DNA of 64,000 bases from Rebecca billardiae RCC1528 (taxonomy: Eukaryota > Protista > Haptophyta), in the NCBI GenBank assembly GCA_965240325.2, contig OZ251226.1:2728001-2792000 (forward strand), written 5' to 3'. Position 1 is the first letter of the stretch. Each line of letters begins with the position of its first letter. The notes beneath the pieces are model-generated. The model saw nothing but the letters and a program-made list of their open reading frames with translations, ran no database searches and was not told the origin of the DNA. This document shows positions 59,538 through 64,000 of the stretch, one piece after another. The translations under genes were made by a program, and so were the position numbers.

Positions 59538-59612
59538 TGATGCTGTTCATGCTTAGTACGTCGCGGCTGATTCCGGCCGCCGCGGGGCATGTGACCGGTA
59601 CCGGCGTGTCAC

Positions 59613-59719
<107 letters not shown>

Positions 59720-60178
59720 AGCAAAGAACGCAGAGGAGATGGCGGGACCTCGGGCTTTGCAAATGCGCAGGCCGAAGCAGGGGCTGCCGAGAGATGAGCA
59801 GCTCGGCCCGAAAGGTCGTGTAACCGATGATCGAGCGAGCTCTGCTAGGTGGGCTGCTTGATATGAACTTTGGTAAGTTGCCACGCCGACTGAAGATGAC
59901 CTTGGATATGATCTCGAGCGCCGGATAGTGGAGAGGAGCGGGTACTTACAGAGGAGCCAGTGTGGTTGGCCGATATGAAAGGACCAGCGCCCGCCATGAT
60001 GATGATAAAGGATAGCTCCGTGGCCGATGAGCTCCGGAAATCGACTGCAACTACCTGCAGGACCTAGAAGACGATGGCGGCCCTTGTCCACCAGCTGCGC
60101 GTTGCCTTTCCAGCCTCCCGACACACTCGGTTATAACTCCGTTATAACGCCACATATATATATATATATATATATGTG

Positions 60179-62141
60179 TAAACTTTTCTGAGGATAGCGC
60201 ACCAGCAAAATCCCTTGACCGCCATCCGGATTTTACGGAGGCCGCGTTTGGACGCAGAAACGCGCGATGGCGAGGCCCGCCCTCGCACCACCGCTCTCGC
60301 GAGATCGCGACCGTGCGACCTGCGGCGTTGCGCTCGACGCGCTCTTTCTGCTCGGAGGCCGCGAGGACTCCCAGGTGCGCCAGCTCGCGAGCGCGCACCT
60401 TCCTCCTCGCCGCGCTCGCCGAGCACGAGCCGATCTGCAGCAGATGTGCAAGGAGCCGCATGTGGCCTTCCTCGCGCGCGCGGCACGGCTGCACACGAAA
60501 TTCGTTAGAGGGCACTTCTCCGCGCATTCTACATTTTGGGGAAAGAACGCCTGAACTGCACAAGAAGTGCCCTCTAACGCCTCCGCTCCTCGCCGTTGCG
60601 TGCACGCGCAAAGGAGCACTGCAAAGGGTGCGACTGGGAGCATTCCTTCTCCCGGGCGGCCACCACGGCCTCGGAGGTGGTGAGGAACGCGTCGGCGACC
60701 ACGACGTGGACCACCTCCGTCGCGCCGGACACTCCGGTCGCCCCTCGCCGGACTCCATCCTCGCTGCGCGCTGACCGTTTGCCGAGCGGGCTGCCCCCGC
60801 CGCCTGCCCGGCGTGTGCCCGCGTGGTGACACAAGATGGTCGAAGGCGTGGCAGCGCGGTGGTGCGTGCGATCGGGGGACCCCACCTGAGCTACGACACG
60901 GGCGCACGCGCTCATCCGTGCTCATCAAGGTGGTGCACGCGCGCGTCGCGCGCTCGTCGGCTGTCGCGCGCTGACGGCTGGGCTGATTTGGGGTGTCGGC
61001 GGCGGCCACAGCTCGCTGGTACGGGCGCGATGGTGGCTGCGAGTGGTACGCGGCGTTGCACCAGGTCCATGTGCGTCACGCACGACGCTCGGCCGGCTCG
61101 CCCTCGGACCATTGGCTGAGTTCTACTCGCCGCGCGCGCCGCGCGCGGGAGCCGCTCGGCAGCTGCTCGAGGCGCAAAGTGCGCCCCGCGCGCTGAACGT
61201 GGGCACGACGAGGTGGTGCGGCGAGCGTGCGCGGGTGTGTGTGCGTGATGGGCACCCCCATTGCGCTACTTGCCATGCACATCTGCCTCTCGCCAAGCCT
61301 TCGACACGATTGCTGCAAGCGCTGCTCGGAGGCGCGCTCGCGGGCTCGCGCGCGTTTGAATCTGGGCTCGGCGGCGATCGCGTGGACGAGGGGCAGCGCG
61401 GTGCACGGTGGCGGAGCGCGTGCGGAGCGCAGCCTACACCTCCTACACGCTCCATCCAGACACATCGCGCATGCTTGCGCGACCTCCTCTGTCCATCACG
61501 TGCGCGTGCGCGCGCGAGCAGGTGTGCATTCGCCGGGCGCGTTCACTGCGCGCCGCGTTGGCGCGCGCGCACCGATACCCGTGCGCAGCTCGACGAGCGA
61601 GCGCGGTGTGTTTCGATGCGTATGGGGAGGCTCTAATTTACGCGCGCGCACGCGCCGGCCCTCGCCGCCTTTTCGCTCGCCCACGCCTCATCTGCGCGCT
61701 CGGCGTTTGCACGCAGCTGCTCATCCTTTCCAACACGTGCACAAACGAGCAGATGGCGCTGGGCGAGGTCGATTGGTGCGTCAGATATTCGGCAACGACC
61801 AGTCCCGCTCGTGTGCCGCCGCTCGTGCTACTCTTGACGACCACCTCTGGCTCGGTCGCGCGCACGAGGCTGCTCGCGGCCCCAATCGTGCCGTGTACCG
61901 TCAAGCTGTACCGTGCGCAGCGAGGCGCACTCAGACGTCGGCATGGGCTGGCATGCGAGGGCCCGGCAGTGCGACGCGTCGATGGAGCATGCTCCGGATA
62001 CGCTTTGGCGCACTTCCCGACGTGCACGAGCCGCTCGAAGGCGCGGAAGGGCGCCCAAACGGGGCAACCGCCATTTTGCGCCACTTCGGCCCGGATGGCG
62101 GTCAAGGGAAATTGCTGGTGCGCTATCCTCAGAAAAGTTTA
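60179..62141. mobile_element. Non-autonomous DNA transposon with ~51-bp terminal inverted repeats, between (TA)n arrays
   Basis: taaacttttctgaggatagcgcaccagcaaaatcccttgaccgccatccgg (60179-60229) versus the reverse complement of 62091-62141, 2 mismatches. (TA)n at 60154-60176 and 62145-62198. Confidence 0.8.
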
Positions 62142-62201
<60 letters not shown>

Positions 62202-62671
62202 TGGCCCGCGGTGCCGGGGCGGAGCGCGCAGCGTGGAGCCCGCACCAGCGGGCCCGAACCACGTTTCAAAAAGATCTTTGATCAAGAAAAAAGGGACGGG
62301 GGGCGATTTTTAGGGCTGGCGGAGACCGAGTTTCGAGTTTTTGAGATCGCATAGAGAGGTCTATTAGGCCGAAAATAACCGCGCCCAGCTGATTCCCTTA
62401 AGTAAAGTGCGATCTGGACGTCAGCTGGACGTGACATTAGTGTAACGGTTCGTTACGAGCGCGATTTTAAGTATGAGATTGCCGCCAACCGCCAACCGAT
62501 AAAAACGGCAAGGCAAGGGCTCGGGAAACTTGATCACTTCTAAATGTGAATAGTAAAATGCTCTCCCCGAGCGCGCCTGTCGCCTCGCAGGCCGCGCGTC
62601 TCGCTCCCTCTCCCCGAGGCTGAGCTCGCGGCCCGCCTGTCACCTCGCAGGCGCGCGCCACGGACACATGC

Positions 62672-63938
62672 GCGACGAGATCGCGGCGGGGGCGGCGAGA
62701 TCGCGGCGGGGGCGACGGGCAACAACCTGCCCGCGGGCGCGTTCGTCACTCGAGGAGCAGCGCGCAAGGGCGAGCCGAGTCCGGAGCACGCGAGCTCGTC
62801 GCTCGCCGACCGGACGGGCGGAGCAGAGCGCGCCGCCCGCCGCCGCCGAGCGAGCGGCGCGGCAGAGCTGATGAGCCGGATGCGCCCGGAGCTCGCGCGG
62901 CTGAAGGGCGAGCTCGAGCACGCGAGCTCGCGCCTCGACGCCGAGCCCGAGCTCCTCCTCAACTCAGTCGACGGCGGCGCGGAGGTCCGGCAGCAGCGTG
63001 AGGACTCACAGACAGTGTGAGTGAGCCGCGCGCAGCTCAGCCTGCCGCTGGCAGCCGCCGTCTTCGAGGCCGACGCGGCGGAGGAGGCGGCGGGCGACGA
63101 TATCGCGGCGGGGGCGGCGAGATCGCGGCGGGGGCGACGGGCAACAACCTGCCCGCGGGCGCGTTCGTCACTCGAGGAGCAGCGCGCAAGGGCGAGCCGA
63201 GTCCGCGGAGCACGCGAGCTCGTCGCTCGCCGACTCGCACTCGCAGAGCACGCCGCCCGCCGCCGCCGAGCGAGCGGCGCGGCAGAGCTGATGAGCCGGA
63301 TGCGCCCGGAGCTCGCGCGGCTGAAGGGCGAGCTCGAGCACGCGAGCTCGCGCCTCGACGCCGAGCCCGAGCTCCTCCTCAACTCAGTCGACGGCGGCGC
63401 GGAGGTCCGGCAGCAGCGTGAGGACTCACAGACAGTGTGAGTGAGCCGCGCGCAGCTCAGCCTGCCGCTGGCAGCCGCCGTCTTCGAGGCCGACGCGGCG
63501 GAGGAGGCGGCGGGCGACGATATCGCGGCGGGGGCGGCGAGATCGCGGCGGGGGCGACGGGCAACAACCTGCCCGCGGGCGCGTTCGTCACTCGAGGAGC
63601 AGCGCGCAAGGGCGAGCCGAGTCCGCGGAGCACGCGAGCTCGTCGCTCGCCGACTCGCACTCGCAGAGCACGCCGCCCGCCGCCGCCGAGCGAGCGGCGC
63701 GGCAGAGCTGATGAGCCGGATGCGCCCGGAGCTCGCGCGGCTGAAGGGCGAGCTCGAGCACGCGAGCTCGCGCCTCGACGCCGAGCCCGAGCTCCTCCTC
63801 AACTCAGTCGACGGCGGCGCGGAGGTCCGGCAGCAGCGTGAGGACTCACAGACAGTGTGAGTGAGCCGCGCGCAGCTCAGCCTGCCGCTGGCAGCCGCCG
63901 TCTTCGAGGCCGACGCGGCGGAGGAGGCGGCGGGCGAG
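62672..63938 (+). repeat. Tandem repeat, 420-bp unit, about 3 copies
   Basis: Identical ORFs at 63021 and 63441; 62881, 63301 and 63721 start identical sequence. First unit slightly diverged. Confidence 0.93.
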
Positions 63939-64000
63939 CACGGCGGCGCGGTGGAGCAGGCGCGCACGCGCGGCGGCAGGCGCGACGCGCCGCTCGCCTC

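Noticed and set aside
62540-63967. 475-aa minus-strand ORF as a gene
   Set aside because: Ser/Ala/Arg shadow composition; it stays open simply because the repeat unit is stop-free in that frame.

Overview
A very GC-rich eukaryotic nuclear segment with short GC-rich spliceosomal introns (donor usually GTGCGC, acceptor usually GCGCAG). The style suggests a haptophyte alga such as Pavlovales; that assignment is inference only. About 20 protein genes are supportable: an EF-hand protein, an RCC1/extensin/PLAT-like surface protein, a secreted aldo-keto reductase, two secreted PhyH-like dioxygenases, a CBS protein, Vps39, DCAF11, a tail-anchored GHMP-kinase-like protein, an RTX-repeat surface protein, APC13, an INCENP with a SAP domain, TRM10, a ubiquitin-like protein, IMPDH, a RING-H2 ligase, a glycosyltransferase-like protein, PAC1 and a ZPR1-like protein. 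Sixteen genes lie in eight tight head-to-head pairs, mostly separated by dinucleotide microsatellites. The non-genic DNA holds many fold-back or palindromic non-autonomous elements. The most unusual is a 660-bp element at 39533-40192. It has TGT...ACA ends and an ATTAA target duplication; each end is a perfect 96-nt hairpin (loops in flip/flop orientation) carrying a tRNA-type A-box-like motif, with a B box just inside the right end, and the interior looks like structured RNA. Also present: a three-level nested inverted-repeat complex (1-6451), a covarying hairpin that precedes two (TA)n arrays, a terminal-inverted-repeat element between (TA)n arrays, and a 420-bp tandem array at the right edge. 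All calls are from reading the sequence; no searches were run.
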